Shown: positions 11,946-25,821, counted from the stretch's first letter. The stretch is 64,000 bases of DNA from the human T2T-CHM13v2.0 reference genome, Homo sapiens (GCA_009914755.4 CP068257.2:33696001-33760000); one strand, 5' to 3'. Notes: generated from the sequence alone by a model not told the origin. Program-made: numbers and translations.

Positions 11946-14689
11946 GCAGGGTCCCACCCACGAAACCCATGGTTTCAAACTTAAGAACCAGTCTCTACCT
12001 TCTTGGTTTAGAAAATACCACTAGGAAATACCGTGAGTGAAGCATTGTTTAGTTACGGTAACAGAAATCAACAGCAACACAACAACACAAACTCTTACTC
12101 AAACCCATCAACAGTTCCCACCCAAAGTTTCTCTTTGGGCATAAAGATATATTTTCTTGTGTGGCTTTAAAAAGCCAGGAATATGTATATGACAAAGAAA
12201 GACACTGAAAAGCAAGAGATGAGGAAACAAATTGAAAACCAAGGTTTTTGAGGAAGCGTATCCTCACCTCTCACCTAACGGAACAGGGTTAATAAGTGGC
12301 CCATCAGCACTGAGAAAGTTATAGGGGCAGCTCTGAACTAAAGTCTCAAATATAGTATGATGTGAACGTGACCATACACGCCCCAGGTAGAGTTCTGGCA
12401 GCAACCCGCTAGACCACAGACCCCTCGCAGCAACCAGATCTTTGTCTTGGTCCTGTTCTCTTCCACTAGGTTGAAGAGTATTCAGTTCTGTGTATCTGTA
12501 TCACTACCCCTACCCCAGCCTTCTAAGGAGGTGGGACACTTCATCTGCTGAGCCAGCAACTAGACCTTCATCATGACGTGTGGGGAGGGGGCTGATGGAG
12601 CTCCCAAGTTTTGCTCAGAAAAAGGGAGTGGGTAAGGGATGAATGGGAGAGAGAACCACTCAAGGTGAAAAGAGTGGAGGATGGGAAACCTGCATACAGA
12701 GACAGGAGCGAGGGAAGCCATGGAGAGGATTTCTTAAATTAAAGCTCCCCTTTACTTGGGCTTCTAGAAGCCTCCATGTCATTTAAAGTGATTAGAACTG
12801 GAGAGAGAAAGACACAAAGTGGCCAGATAGTCAAAATGTCAAATTCTTCTGAACTATGCCGTTATCTGCAACTGAGATATTTTCACTTCTGTGCTGCTTG
12901 GAGGATGCAGATAAAATCCACCCACTTTATCTGGTAAGAGGTCCCAGTCCTCTTCATGGCTGAAAAGAATCAGCACCATACACACGTGTGGATTTCTCTT
13001 CCTTTCCTCTCCATCTGAGCAAGGCAGGAACTCATGGTTTAAGCAAGAGAAAGAAACAAAGTGAGAAATGAAGAATCATGGGCAGTGTGGGGCAGGTGTG
13101 GAGGGATGCAGTTTATACACAGAGAAGATTTGCAGACCCAGGACCCAGGGTCAAGGAAGAGCACGTCTTTCCCCAGCTCTTCTGCCTCTCCACTCACCAT
13201 GGCAGGGGAGAGATTTTCCACAGAGACGAGCCCATAATGGAGGCAATAACCCTCTCCAGCGCAGGACTCTGCACCTCCAAGGCACCCTTTCTGATCATCT
13301 CAGAGGGAGAAAAGCCAAGCCCTTTTCTTTTCACATCCTCCTGTCTTTCATCCCCTCTGTGCCTTGATTTCAAAGCCTTTCTGAAACAAATGTGAAGTTG
13401 AAAGGATAGACTTCAATTATTTTATTTTGTAAAGGTTAAAAAGGTTCTTGTAAATGACTGATGCAAATACTGGAAACCCAGTTAAAACAACTGGATACCA
13501 GATGGCAAAGGAGAGTGGTTTACTGTAAAGTGTTATGGAGTAGGAGCTCATTTACAAGAAGCAATTACACAAACAGCCCTGAGCATCCAAGATCCCATAA
13601 AAGAGTGGCTGGGGTGAAAGTGCAGGATTGGCTGAGCACGTATGATTTCCACATCCCAATGTGAACTGTGCAATTGTTATCTTACCTGTTGCCCTTCCAC
13701 TGGGCTACGATTCTAAGTCTAGGCTGGCCTGCCAAGAAGCACAGTCACAGCCCTAAACAGAGATGCTTGCACTTTCTCCATCACTTAGTGGCCTAGGGGA
13801 GTTTCCTCATAGGAGAACTTTAACAATACAAGGAGTGTAGGCAGCTGGCATCATTGTATTGAAGCCTGGGGAACTTGGTTTTTATCTCAGGTCAAGAGAA
13901 CAGGAGAAAATCCCTTTACAATCTGGATGCCTTTTTTCTCTCATTATAATAAATTGAGAATGAGCACAATACACTTTACTGTCCATGTTCAATCCTAGGT
14001 ATGCTCTTGCATGCATGTAGACACTGTATGCAAATCACAAAAGCAAATCATGAAGCTGTAGCTGAGAATTTGACATTGTAGTTTCTTGCTCTACACACCC
14101 ATCAGGTCTGGGCTGACCTGGCTGCCCTCCTCCATGTTAAACCTCCTGGTGCCCATTTCAGTGCCCTGAGGCCAAGTCTCTGCCTCCAAGTGCCATGACC
14201 TCCCCAAGGTCAGCCTTCTGGTTTATCTTACCTTGGCTAGACCGGGTAAACCTTTACATCTGGTAATCAACTTGACTGTGATCTGTGCTGGGAAGAGACC
14301 ATGCACTCACTCCAGAACACAATCACAGGGCAGGTGGTAACATGTGCTTTTGGGGAGGCTTTCTATAAACCCATACATATCCCAGGCATTACTCTTTTTT
14401 ATCAGAGCCTTTTCTGGGGGGAAATTACAGTCAAGAATGTAAGTTTCACCTTGCCAAGGCAGTGAGAAAAATACTTGTGTGCAGGTGGGACTTCCAGGGC
14501 CTGGAAATCACAGTAACCATTCTCATGGCCAGTCAAGATATTTTGATCCTGGAGAAAGCAGGATTAGAAACCAGACCACCATACTGATACACCCTAGGAT
14601 GTCCTGCAGCCCCTGGTCCAACAGAGAGGGCCTCCCTCAAGACATACTGAAATGGAGCTGGCAGATCAGAACCTAATGGAATACACCTG

Positions 14690-15158
14690 AAAAAAAGCAT
14701 CTGACCCTCAAATGTTTATCAATTGATTAATGAATACACAAATGCAGTCTAATTGATTAATGAATACACAAATGCAGTCTATCAATGCAGTGGAATAGTA
14801 TTTAGCAATAAAGGAAAGTAGGACTATTTTATGCTACAACATGGATAAATCTGGAAAATGTGATGCTCGATGAAAGAAATCAGAAACAAAGGATTTGCAT
14901 ATTATATAATTCTGTGCATGTGAAATGTCTAGAATAGGCCAACCTATAGAAAAAGGAAGTAGATCAATGCTTATCAGGTGCAAGGCAGGGATGGGAATGA
15001 CCGCTCATAGTATGGGGTCTGTTTCAAAGGTGACAAAAATATTCTGGAATTAAATAATTGTGGTCATTGAACAACTTTGAAAATATACCAAAAAACACTG
15101 GATTATATAAGGATAAATTTATGGAATGTGAATTCTATCTCAATAAATCAAAAAGCAT
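14690..15158 (+). mobile_element. Ancient LINE-1 (L1M-type) 3'-end fragment
   Basis: ...cagtggaatagtatttagcaataaaggaaagtaggactattttatgctacaacatggataaatctggaaaatgtgatgctcgatgaaagaaatcagaaacaaagg... and the 3' terminus gaaaatataccaaaaaacactggattatataaggataaatttatggaatgtgaattctatctcaataaa match the old-L1 3' terminus ...gaatatactaaaaaccactgaattgtacactttaaaagggtgaattttatggtatgtgaattatatctcaataaagctgtt. Confidence 0.7.
14721..14780. repeat. Perfect 30-bp tandem duplication (2 copies, 100% identical) inside the L1M fragment
   Basis: aattgattaatgaatacacaaatgcagtct occupies 14721-14750 and is repeated exactly at 14751-14780. Confidence 0.95.
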
Positions 15159-18100
15159 GGGATGATTCTGCATCCCAGCAGGGAATGACTCCTACTCTCA
15201 TTTTGGGGACAACCACAGTAGAATGCTGTGTCTCGTAAGTTTCACAAACACCTTCCTAAAATTTTTATGGTAGATTTAGCGCTGGAGTTAAAGCTGATTT
15301 ACATGAGTATCTTTTCTTCTTCTGAGGAGACACATCCCTGGGTAATGTAAAGCCAGATTCAAATTCCTGTTCTATGTTCTGTGGGAGTTGGGGGTTGAGG
15401 GGTATCAAGGACCCTAGTTTGAAGCCAGTCACAGTTTGCTGAAGTTCTGAGCTTCCTCAGCACAAAGACCCATAATCTAATTTCAACTAGATCTCCTCTG
15501 TTCTCAGAGCCTGTGGAGTCCCCTCTATCCTCTCCCTCCTCTCCCATCTCTCTGAGCTCCAGTTTGTGAGGATCTCAGGAGCTTGTGGAAGTCATCCCTC
15601 CTTCCTTATTTTACCCTCTTCCCTAAGGCAACAGGCTGAGTCCACGTCCTCAACAAGTGTGGTCATTCCTATGATCTGCCTCTCCTCCTGCTTTCACCAA
15701 ACCTCCCAGGCCTATTAAGTTGCCCCTGACCTCCTTGCACTGAGATCCATCCACTCATCCCCTCCTTCATTCAACTAATATGTACTGAGCGCTGGCTATG
15801 TGCTGGGCACTGTGCCAGGAGCTGGGAATACAGTGGTGGATGGGGCACTCAAGGTAAAGCTGGCAATACTCAAGGAAACCAAGCCATCAGATGGAAGTTT
15901 CCACCAATCAGCCCACAATGAGCCCTTAAGCCCAGCAGTCTGCACTCCTAGAAGGAGAATACTTAGATTACTTCCTTTTTCTCACTGTAGTTAAACTTCC
16001 AAGGGCTCTCTTGCCCTCCCAGACACGTGGTGAATTCCATCTTCTTGCCATTTCCAATGGGTTGGAGCCATGCGGCTAGTCCTTCCAATCCCTTGCTGCA
16101 GCAGTTATAGAAAAGGTCTTGTGTTGACATGGCCAAGCCCCAAGATCGAAGCAACCTGTATTACTAGGTTGTAACTCAGAAGAAAGTTGCCTCGAGGAGT
16201 TTCTTAAAGCTGTAACAGACTCAGCCTGAGTGAGAAATAAACCTTTGTGGTATCAAGCCACTGAGATGGTGGATGTGTTTATTTATAACAGCATGCCCAG
16301 GTTTACTCTAGCTAGTGCATCCACTGAGAAAACAAGGTTCTAAGTTGCATATAAGCCCTCCAGAATATTTTCTGGACCGTTCTCGCAGAAGAGCAAGTCA
16401 TAGACCACAGCAATGGTCTGTAATTAAGAAGGAAAAGAGAAGAGTGCAGATTGATCGTATTTCATATCAAATTGTGCTTAAATTATATAAACAATCAGTT
16501 ACATAAATGGAATTGCAATGGCAAATGTTTTGATAATCAAAGTCTGTGCCACTGGTCATTCAAAATGTGTTTCTGTTTCTTTAAGTGCTTACTTGGGGGA
16601 TGCCAGATGAATTCGGGGGCTTCTTGGAGTGATTTCTCATCCCAGAGATGTTTTTGTAGCTATACTTTGGCCCTCCAAATGTTCACATTTGATATACGCC
16701 ACTCAAAAATAGCTACCAATGGAAGGCATGACCTTGGGCTGACAATTTATTTAGGAACCAGCAAGGCCAGGCTGTCCTATGTCTTTTTAGGTTATTCTCT
16801 GCGTTGATTCCGGTCAATAGCCTGTTTTAAGAAAAGCTTAGGCCAGATTTAAAAAAAAAGAAAATCTGCCTTCCCTTGAGTAAACACGGTAACCTGACAG
16901 CTCCAGTGGGTAAATAATGCACTTTTTAAAAGCCTTTCCAAATAGGTCTTTATCCAGCAAGCTGCTTTTATAAGCTACCACTCTTCCTAATATCTATTTA
17001 TTCAAAACTTCTTAAAAAATGATAGACATCTATTGAATCTGAATTTTCTGGATTTTCTTTTTTTTTTTTAATTTTAAAGAAGAAATGTATTTTTTCCCTT
17101 CTGGTTAGAGAAAAAGTTTTTCTTGAAATATGATCCTCTCAGATAAATAATGGCAATAAAAGTAAATGGAAAGTGGGAAAGAACATGGTTTCTTAGTGCA
17201 GTGTGCAGCACTTTCTAATTGGAAAAGGCTAAAAGGGAGTTTTCCTTGGAGGCCTCCCATCTGACTTGAGACCAAGCAAAACAGTGATTTGCTTATGAGC
17301 ATTGAGGTCTCTGTTTCCCTTGTTAAAAGGGAAGCTAAGAATGGAAGAAATGTACTAAGTTATAAACCTGTATTATGGCAATGATTTGTGTGGATATTTC
17401 ATACATTATGGTGAGATATAGAAATTATAGAATACAATGAGCAGTAAAGACCTTTGAAGTCACCACTCAACCCCAGGTGGAAACCGAGTCTCTCACTACT
17501 GAGTCTTGCTGAAGATCACAGCCACCTTCAGCCCACATTTTTTACTCTTGCTAGCATAGTACTCTGCTCATGTTGAAACACTCTATTTTTCCACTTAAAA
17601 AGAAATCTATCCAGCTTAGCTGAGTTTTTCTGGAATTTTAAGGAATTTATGCACCTGTCACAGGAAGGTTTGGGTTTGCTGATGGCTTTAAAAGCCAGAG
17701 CTTTGGTAGTTTAGGCCCTCCTGAGGTCCTGAGGTCCTGTTACCTCATCAGTCATCAAAAATGGTTATTGTTGCTCTTTTCAAGGGTCTTCTCATTTCCT
17801 TAATAAGAAATAATAATTCAGTAATGTTTTCATAATTACTATGAAAATATTGTATTGTAGATAAAAGCAAGAGCAAGACTGGCCTATAACTTAACAGTAG
17901 CAGTATTTCTGCAAGAGTATGACTGTCCTGTGATTTAACAGTCTCACCATTTCCTCTGCCTCTCTCTTTCCTTCCCTCCCACTCCCATTCTCATTTCCTT
18001 GCTACTTTTGCCTTTTCATTTTACATTTTTGTTCATGTATGATATACATGCAGATAAAGCACACAGCTCAAGAAAACAACATGAGCAGCACCCACAAAAG

Positions 18101-19144
18101 CCCACTGGGGCAGCCATAACACCATAGATCGCTTTTCCTGTTTTTCTTTTGATAGAAATGGAATCTTCTAATGTACAGCTTTTGTGTCTGACTTCTGTCC
18201 CTCACGCTTATGCTAGTGAGATTCATCTGTTGTAGCATGTATTGTTTTTTTTTTCCATTTTAAAATCCATTCCCTCCCCATCTGGGGTAAATTTACCTCC
18301 ATCTTTCTGACTGGTACTACTCCTCTTCTCCTTTGTGTCTTAGATTTTATTGCCCTATTCTGACTTATTTTCTTTGCCGAGTCAGACATGTCATTTGGAC
18401 TAGAGCAGTGGAGACAGCACACTGTTCCTGAAATGTGCAGGTGAATACCTCTCCTCCAGGATCCACCCAATGGATACACCTGCAGCTGGCCACATATGCA
18501 GGCGATCTATGATACTATGAAAGGCCCCGTCTAAAGTGCTTTTACAAGAGAGGATGTCGGCATCTGTGATGGTTAATTTTATGTGTCAACTTGGCTAGGG
18601 TATGGTGCCCAGATATTTGGTCAAACGTTATTCTAGATGTTTCTGTGAAGATTTTTTTCGATGAGATTAACATTTAAACAGGCAGACTTTGAGTAAGGCA
18701 GATTTTCCTCCATAATGGGGGTGGGCCTTATCCAGTCACTTGAAGTTCTTAATAGAAAAAAGACTGACCTCACCCAAGCAAGAAGGAATTCTGCCAGCAT
18801 ATTGCCTTTGGATTTAAACTGCAATCCTTCTTGGGTTTCCTGCCTACCACCCTATCCTGCAGATTTTGCACTTGCTAGCCTCTACTGTCCCATGGACCAA
18901 TTCCTTCAAATTAATCTCTCTTTTGTCCTCTCTCTACATATGCACATCCTGTTGGTTCTATATCTCTGCAGAACTCTGACTAATACAGCACTTCTACCCA
19001 CTCCCAAGCCCATGGAAGACCTTGTTTATTGGCCAAGACACTCTTTCCAGATGAGCCTTCAGAATCCTCCTCCACTCAGTCCTCCAGATATCCATGGCCT
19101 GTCAATAAGCAAGTTGAAACATCCTTGCTATCCTTGCACGAGAG

Positions 19145-19368
19145 CAATGGTTCTCAAGAGGGAGAGGGTGATTTTGCCCGCCAGGGGATGTTTGGCATTG
19201 TCCAGAGACATTTCTGTTGTCACAAATGGGGGAGAGGGAGTGCTGTTGGCTTCTAGTGGGAAGAGATCAGAGAAGCTGCTAAACATCCTATAAGGCACAG
19301 GACAGTCTCCCATTAACAAAGAATTACCCAGCCCCAAGTGTCAGTAGTACGAAGGTTGAGAAGCATTG
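19145..19368 (+). mobile_element. hAT-type MITE fossil (MER30-like), copy B. Complete, with terminal inverted repeats aatggttctcaa ... ttgagaagcatt.
   Basis: caatggttctcaagagggagagggtgattttgcccgccaggggatgtttggcattgtccagagacatttctgttgtcacaaatgggggagagggagtgctgttggcttctagtgggaagagatcagagaagctgctaaacatcctataaggcacaggacagtctcccattaacaaagaattacccagccccaagtgtcagtagtacgaaggttgagaagcattg. The TIRs are read directly. ORFs 18715-19293(+), 19029-19256(+) and 19128-19337(-) overlap it and are not credible. Confidence 0.6.
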
Positions 19369-21689
19369 AATTAGAGATTCACTCAGACTCAACTATTGAA
19401 AGACAAACATCTCTTGGATGAGAGGTATCTTAGTCTCTATCACAGCAATTCTATATGATTTAGAGAGAGCTGCTTCTCAGTAAATAACCTGAGAAATTAT
19501 TTTGAAATTCTGACATAATGTGGATGTAGCATAACCTTTTATTTTACCCTGTGTGTGTGGAGCTATTGCTTTTAGCCTTGTCTTCTCTTAATTCCTTTCA
19601 AAATTGAGTCTCCTTTTACTTTTCATATACTTGAGCATGGACACTTTCTTTCTAACACACCAAAATCTAGGCCACAAAATACTTACCGGAGTCAACAAAT
19701 CCCCTTGACCAAACATGCTATAGATCATGCCCAGGACATGCTACAGATCCTGGGAAAGAGGAGATTGGAGGAAATTGATAAATGGCAGTTTCCTCTGCTC
19801 TGCCATCAACAATAACAAAATGCGTCAGAAGAGCAGAATAAAGTAGTCAATACGGACTTCCCTCACTCCTGGCAAACAAAGGGCTTTCTAACAGAGGTTC
19901 TCCCAGCTCAGCATTCACCATTGGTTTGGGTAACTGCATAGGAGGTCTCCCTAAAGATGTGAAGCATTTAGCACTTGGTAGAGGAAACCCTGACCACGGG
20001 CTTGTGAGATGAGGCTTATATCTTTCAAGGATGTACTGAAATGATTGCTACGAGTTTTCATAAAAACTTTCACCTGCTATATTCTCTAAGGCACAGTACA
20101 AAAATGAAGTCTTCATAGTAGATAATTTGCTGGATTAAAAAAACAAATTTTAAGTACAATGTAAGTTAATAATTTAATGTATTCATGACATAGGACATGC
20201 AATGTATGCAGAAAAGAGGTGTAAGTTAGGGGAGAGTGTAAATTAATGTTTCATTAATATGGAATTTTACTGTATTTTAGAGCACAGTGTTAATGCCCAA
20301 TAACCAGAGTGGAAAGAAATGGGTAATTCTTTTCATAGTGAAAAATTTTCATAAGAAAACTATGTGAATTTTCTCTGGAGACACTAAAGGCAGAGAGAAA
20401 TGAAATAAGAATAAATCATCTTGGAAATTCATTAATGTTGCTGCAGAATATCAGAAAACCAACATGAGAAACTGACACATTCCAATTATTATAATTACAT
20501 TGGCTGTATTAGAGCAGTTCTTTAATCATGTTGCCAATGAGAAGAAAGTTGTTTACTTTTCAGTTTGGTAGTTTCAGAACTGTCAGTGATTAGCTAAATA
20601 AATAAATATGTAAGCAAATTAATTTTATCTCTTCCTATTATAGTTAAGCAGCTGGTCAATTATCTTCAATAAGTTTTCTTTCTAAAAGCCACACATAAGA
20701 AAGGAAGGTCAACAGATCCAGCATTTTGGCTTGAATTTCAAGACCCGGTTGGCAGTATTTCAGATGTCCTTAAGCCTTGATGACCAAGATACCTAATGAA
20801 TGAAGCATAGCATAGCAGAGCTCTTGGTTTTGAATCACAATTGCGTTGCACGTGGTTCATGGGAAAAAATTAAAATATCATTCCCTTTTTCCCAACATAT
20901 GCCTAAGAATGTCCTAAAATTGTGCAGCTGCTTCGTGCTCCAGTAATACACATGATAATAATGGTGAAATGAAGCATAGGTAGGAAGGTAAGATGAAGCT
21001 GAAGAGACAGAACAATGTGTCTGGATGTTGGATTATCTATGGACTCAGCTGATCCATGGACTAAGAAACAAACAATCAGGAAGTCACATCAGAAGATCTC
21101 AGCAGATACACATGCATGTGGTTAAGGCGAGGTCGGGATCTGGGCTGCCGCAGATGCAGTTGAGAAGGGCTGGCCGTGCTGGTTGGCTTCTGCTTTTTGT
21201 CATACAATACCACAGCTTGAATTAAACTCATCTTTTGCAGTGGGTCTGATGAACCTTGCTTATTGGCAAATTGGCATAGGCTGGCCTGCTCCTGTTGTAT
21301 TCACCATTTCCAGGAAGTCAACATGAAATTCATTAGACTGTTTTGCGTAGCCATGAAGTGTGTTCCCACACTAGCCAGTGTTATTTCCCCAAAATGACCA
21401 ACATGCTCTGGTGACCCAACTGGGAGCAGTGCCCTTTGTCGTATTAGGTGCTTCACGCTTTGGATTGGCACAGCACTCCCTTGATAGCCTAATTTCATTC
21501 AAGTGTATCCCTAAAATTCATCAAGTGAGTTAATGTTGTGGCCAAGATTTGACTTAAACTCTAGAGGAGTCAGATCTGGCTTCAGTTTTTCCTCTTCGAC
21601 CTCCAACATGTCCTTGCTCAGGTTACCTAACCCTGTGTCTAGTTCCCTCATCCATTACAGGGCATGATACTAGAATATTGATTGAGTAC

Positions 21690-21875
21690 TTAGTGTGTGC
21701 TGGGTCCTATTGTTAGTAAATGCAGTACGTCATCTAATTCTTATAACAGCAACCCTGCAAGACAAGTACCATTATCACGCCATTTTATAGATAAAGAAAC
21801 AGAGGTCCAGCACCCCAGTGGAAAGTGGCAGAGCAGGCACTGGTAGCCAGGAGGTCTGGCCAAGGCCTGTGCTCT
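21690..21875 (-). mobile_element. MIR SINE fragment
   Basis: ccattttatagataaagaaacagaggtccagcaccccagtggaaagtggcagagcaggcactggtagccaggaggtctggcc resembles the reverse complement of the MIR core (ccattttacagatgaggaaactgaggc...agtaagtggcagagc). Confidence 0.6.
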
Positions 21876-23062
21876 CACAAGTGTCTGACACTGCCCCTCT
21901 CTAATTTCAGTACCGCTTTGCTTCTCACCAGGAAATTATTTTGACTCACACCAGCATCTGCCTCACAGTATTATTCTGAGGAGGAGATAAGCCAGTGCAC
22001 ACAGTGCACAGCTAACGAATTCACATGTGGATTCGGCAAATGTTGATGGATGGCCCCTTGTGTGTCAGGCAGCGTTCTAGGTCCTGAGTATGTAAGACGA
22101 TCAGAGTGATTGCCCTCCTGGAGCTCGTAGCCTAGAAATAAGACAGACCACAGCCAGATAAATATGTCTTTAATAACACATCAGTAGTGCCGCGAAGCAA
22201 AAGAAAGCAGGGGCAGAAAGTGACAGTGTTGGGGGAGGAGAGGGAGCCCAGATGGATAGGGGAACAGAGGATGCTTCCAGTAGAGAGAAGAACTCTGTGA
22301 AGACATTACCTTTGAGCCAGGCCCTGACTGACAGGGAACGAAGCCATGTGAAGATCTGGGGGACATTATTTTTTATTTGTATAATAAAATTAATTATGTA
22401 CTAATTTCTTAGTTTAACCACAGAGAGTTCTTGTCCTCCTCCCCAACCAAGGGCATAATTTCTTACTCTTTCTCAAAACTCTAACAACAAGAGAAGAAAA
22501 TCTGAAAATGCAGATGGAAAAGAAAAAAAAAAAGCTCTTCTGAAAGGTAAGAAGAGGCTAGTTGCCACGAACTCTGGAGCTATCGTGAATGGAAAGAGAA
22601 CATTTCCATCTCCCGTTGATCACTATAATTCACAAATTCTCCTAAAAAACAGAAACCACAGTTGACTATGGTTTTGTTGGTTTCACTTAATTCCCTGACC
22701 CCTGACTCCTTGTGTAGCTAAAAGCATGTCATAATCACGGTAAATTCTACCTCTCTTTATTCCATTAGAGGGAACCCAGGCCATTTCAAACACCATCTTC
22801 CCATCCAATCTTGATTTTACAATGCTTTTCACTGAAGATTAGAGTTAATGCTTTTCTAAGAGGTTTGTCACAAAAGGGAGCTTAATTGGGGCTCATTTTT
22901 TCCATCCGCCCAGTTGTTCCATAGGCTTACTTTTGGAAAGTGTGTCTATCATGAATGATTCATGTTCTACAGGTGAGGATTATGAGTTTAGAGAACCAAG
23001 TCACCCAGGAAAGGGAAAGCTACCTTAGCTTCTGGGAGATAGAACCATAGCACTCAGTGCAG

Positions 23063-23556
23063 TGGGTTGAAGAGTGTTCCCCTAAAAGATGTGTACATGT
23101 CCTCACCTCCGATGCCTGTGAATGTGACCTTGTTTGGAAATCAGGTCTTTGAAGATGTAATTAAGGTAAGGAGCTCAGGATAAAATCATCCTGGATTAGG
23201 ATGGGCTCTGAACCTAATCACAAGCATCCTTCGAAGAGAAAGGAGAGGGAGGTTTGAGACACAGAGACACAAATGATAAAGCCATGTGAAGACAAAGGCA
23301 GAGATGGAGTCATTCAGCATCAAGTCAAGGATTGCCAATGAATGCCAAGCGATGCCATGCAATGCCAAGGATTGCCAGCAGACACCAGAAGCTCAGAGAG
23401 ATGCACGAAACAGATTCTCCCCAGAGCCTTCAGGAGCCAACCCTGCTGACTCATTGATTTCAGATCTCTGGCCTTCACAGTTGTGACAGAGTAAGTCTCT
23501 GTTGTTTGAAGATAGCAACTTTGTAACATTTTGATACAGCAGCCCTAGGGATCTAA
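23063..23556 (+). mobile_element. MaLR-like LTR-type interspersed repeat (MLT/MST-like, subfamily uncertain), copy a. Contains a small internal atgccaag-type tandem motif at ~23326-23385.
   Basis: Shares ...tgtgaatgtgaccttgtttggaaatcaggtctttgaagatgtaattaaggtaaggagctcaggataaaatcatcctggattaggatgggctctgaacctaatcacaagcatcc... and a 3' end ...ctctgttgtttgaagatagcaactttgtaacattttgatacagcagccctaggg with the copies at 40158, 44212 and 49910 in this window. Confidence 0.5.
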
Positions 23557-23665
23557 TGCACTTGGTTTGAATCTTTAACATGAAATGAAAGAATAATAGT
23601 TAAGGGTCATTTAATTTCTTGGAGTAGTGAGGGATGTGACCCAGTGCCAGATAGGAATGTAAGTT

Positions 23666-23950
23666 TTTATTGTTTTGTTTTGTTTTGTTTTGAGATGGAG
23701 TCTAGCTCTGTCACCAGGGTGGGGTGCAATGGCGCGGTCTCGGCTCATTGCAACCTCTGCCTCCGCTTCAAGCAATTCTCCTGCCTCAGCCTCCCGAGTA
23801 GCTGGGACTACAGGGGCCCGCCACCGTGCCTGGCTAATTTTTTTTTTTTTGCATTTTTAGTATAGACGGGGTTTCACCAACCTGGCCACGCTGGTCTTGA
23901 ACTCCTGACTTCGTGATACACCCACCTCGGCCTCCCAAAGTGCTGGGATT
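23666..23950 (-). mobile_element. Alu SINE in minus orientation. Its tail appears as (TTTG)n/T-rich sequence at 23666-23692. The Alu 5' end is truncated by ~25 bp.
   Basis: ttgttttgttttgttttgagatggagtctagctctgtcaccagggtggggtgcaatggcgcggtctcggctcattgcaacctctgcctcc...cctcccaaagtgctgggatta is the reverse complement of the Alu consensus. ORFs 23644-23865(+) and 23675-23860(+) are Alu artefacts. Confidence 0.95.
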
Positions 23951-24705
23951 AGGAATATAAATTTTATATGGAGTTTACTGGGAGAGAAAATGGCTGCAGT
24001 GGCTACTGTTTGTGTTTACATAGTACCCCATCTGCTTTAACCTCTCTTCTAGAGACAGACCCAGGTCACAGTCACAGAGACCCACAGTCTCAGTGGGAAG
24101 CTGAGATCACAACCAAGGCTCTATGTTCTCAGTGGGAGCACAGTTGGTGCCGGATGTGGTCCCTCATGCTGTGGCCACCATTCTGTGCATTGCAGGGCCA
24201 ACAGCGCTCCTGTCCCTGCCACTAAAATATCGGTGCTTGGCCCCCAGTCATTGTGACAGATGAAAACACCAAGTATTTTCCAGTGTCCCGTAGGGGGAGC
24301 TGAATGGCCCTGGTTGAGAGCACTGGCAGATGAACCTCAGCATTAACGTCTCTGGGCTACGATGCCCTGATGGATTCGTGATCACAGTAAAAATTACTTA
24401 CTGATGGCAAAACTAGAATGTGTGGAAATCTGCTGGATATAACCCAGTTTACCTCTGGGACCCTCTATCATTATGGTTAAAATTAAGATTGACCAAATCC
24501 CTTCTGACTGACCATTGTACTCCACGTGTTGCGACATTCAATTATCTTACAAGCAAAGCTCACTCTCTGATGACCCAGTCCATCTCCTAAGGGTGACTCT
24601 GAAGATTCTGTCACAATCCCTCATGTTCCAATGTACAGCTTCGCTCTTAGAGAGTGATCTTACTTCTAACTTCCTTGAGGATCTCTAATTTTTCTGGAGT
24701 CAGAG

Positions 24706-24766
24706 AAATACTGGAGAGGCGAGAGATGAGACTTGAAATACTGGAGAGGCAAGAGATGAGACTTGA
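24706..24766. repeat. ~31-bp tandem duplication (2 copies, 1 mismatch)
   Basis: aaatactggagaggcGagagatgagacttga is followed immediately by aatactggagaggcAagagatgagacttga. Confidence 0.9.
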
Positions 24767-25821
24767 ACCTGGAGCCAAGAACCAGGTCCCAGAGGACTTG
24801 CTCTGCACTGTGCCATGAATTGGCCCTTCTTTCACAGCCTTGAGGATTCAGAGAAAGATGCGGATCAGGGTGCCATGAATGGGTACATGTGGCCATGAGG
24901 AGACAGGATTGGAATCTACAAAGATCTGCCGGGAGTAAGAGGTAGATGTAAAGACCGAGACAACTGGCCAAGGATGGGACCAAGATAGTAGCAATGAAAA
25001 CAAAAGGTAGAGAAAATAGTCAAAGGATAACAAAAAGGTAGTCCTGAAAGCATGCAGACCCACTGGACATAGAGAGTACAGGAGGGAAGAGATCAAGGAT
25101 GTCTCATTAAATTAAACTTTCTAGATAATTTAAATTGGAACACAGCTAAATTTCTTTGATACTTTGGAGAGGCTTCCTCTAAACATCTTGAGTGTGTTTA
25201 AAGAACACTCAAGATAACTCATGTTATCTCATGGTGAGATAACATCCCAGGCAATGATGCAGATTAAGCAATTCAGGAATTTAAGGGCTCCAACCATTAA
25301 CTACTTTAGAATATCAGCTAAGGAACACATTCTGGAAGCTTTATGTTCTATTATATTAATTATCCCCCCAAGGAGCAAAAAGCGTTTTAAAAATTAGTTA
25401 AATGAATCTCAATGTTCTTTCCTAAGGCAAAAGGTAAAAAACATATATCAACATAAGGAAAGTGCACACTTTCAGCAGCTAAGAGGCCTCAGTAGCCTAC
25501 ATTACAAGCCTGCCTCCTTGAAGCTCAAAATTAGTGAAGCCACACAAGGTACAAGGCTAATTCACTATGGATGAAATAACGGGCAGAGAAAGTGGAATGG
25601 TAGGCTCTTGAGCACCTACCATAAAGCATCCAGGTGAAATAATTGAAAGGAAGCCCTCTTTTTTACACTGCACACACTGTGAAATGCGAGGTGCGGAAAG
25701 TTGATTGTCCTTAATAGGGAAGTATCAGCTTCCTCCCTACAGAGAGTTTAGAAGAAAGAGAAGCACAGAACTGCAGAGCTTGCCTTCTACCTAAAAACTG
25801 GTGCTTAGAACAATGGTCTCC

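Noticed and set aside
18715-19293. 192-aa ORF on the plus strand, the longest single-frame plus-strand ORF in the track
   Set aside because: It runs straight through the MER30-like MITE at 19145-19368 and through low-complexity sequence upstream. There are no splice or promoter signals. The translation is proline/leucine-rich with no recognisable domain. It is consistent with a chance ORF in a repeat.
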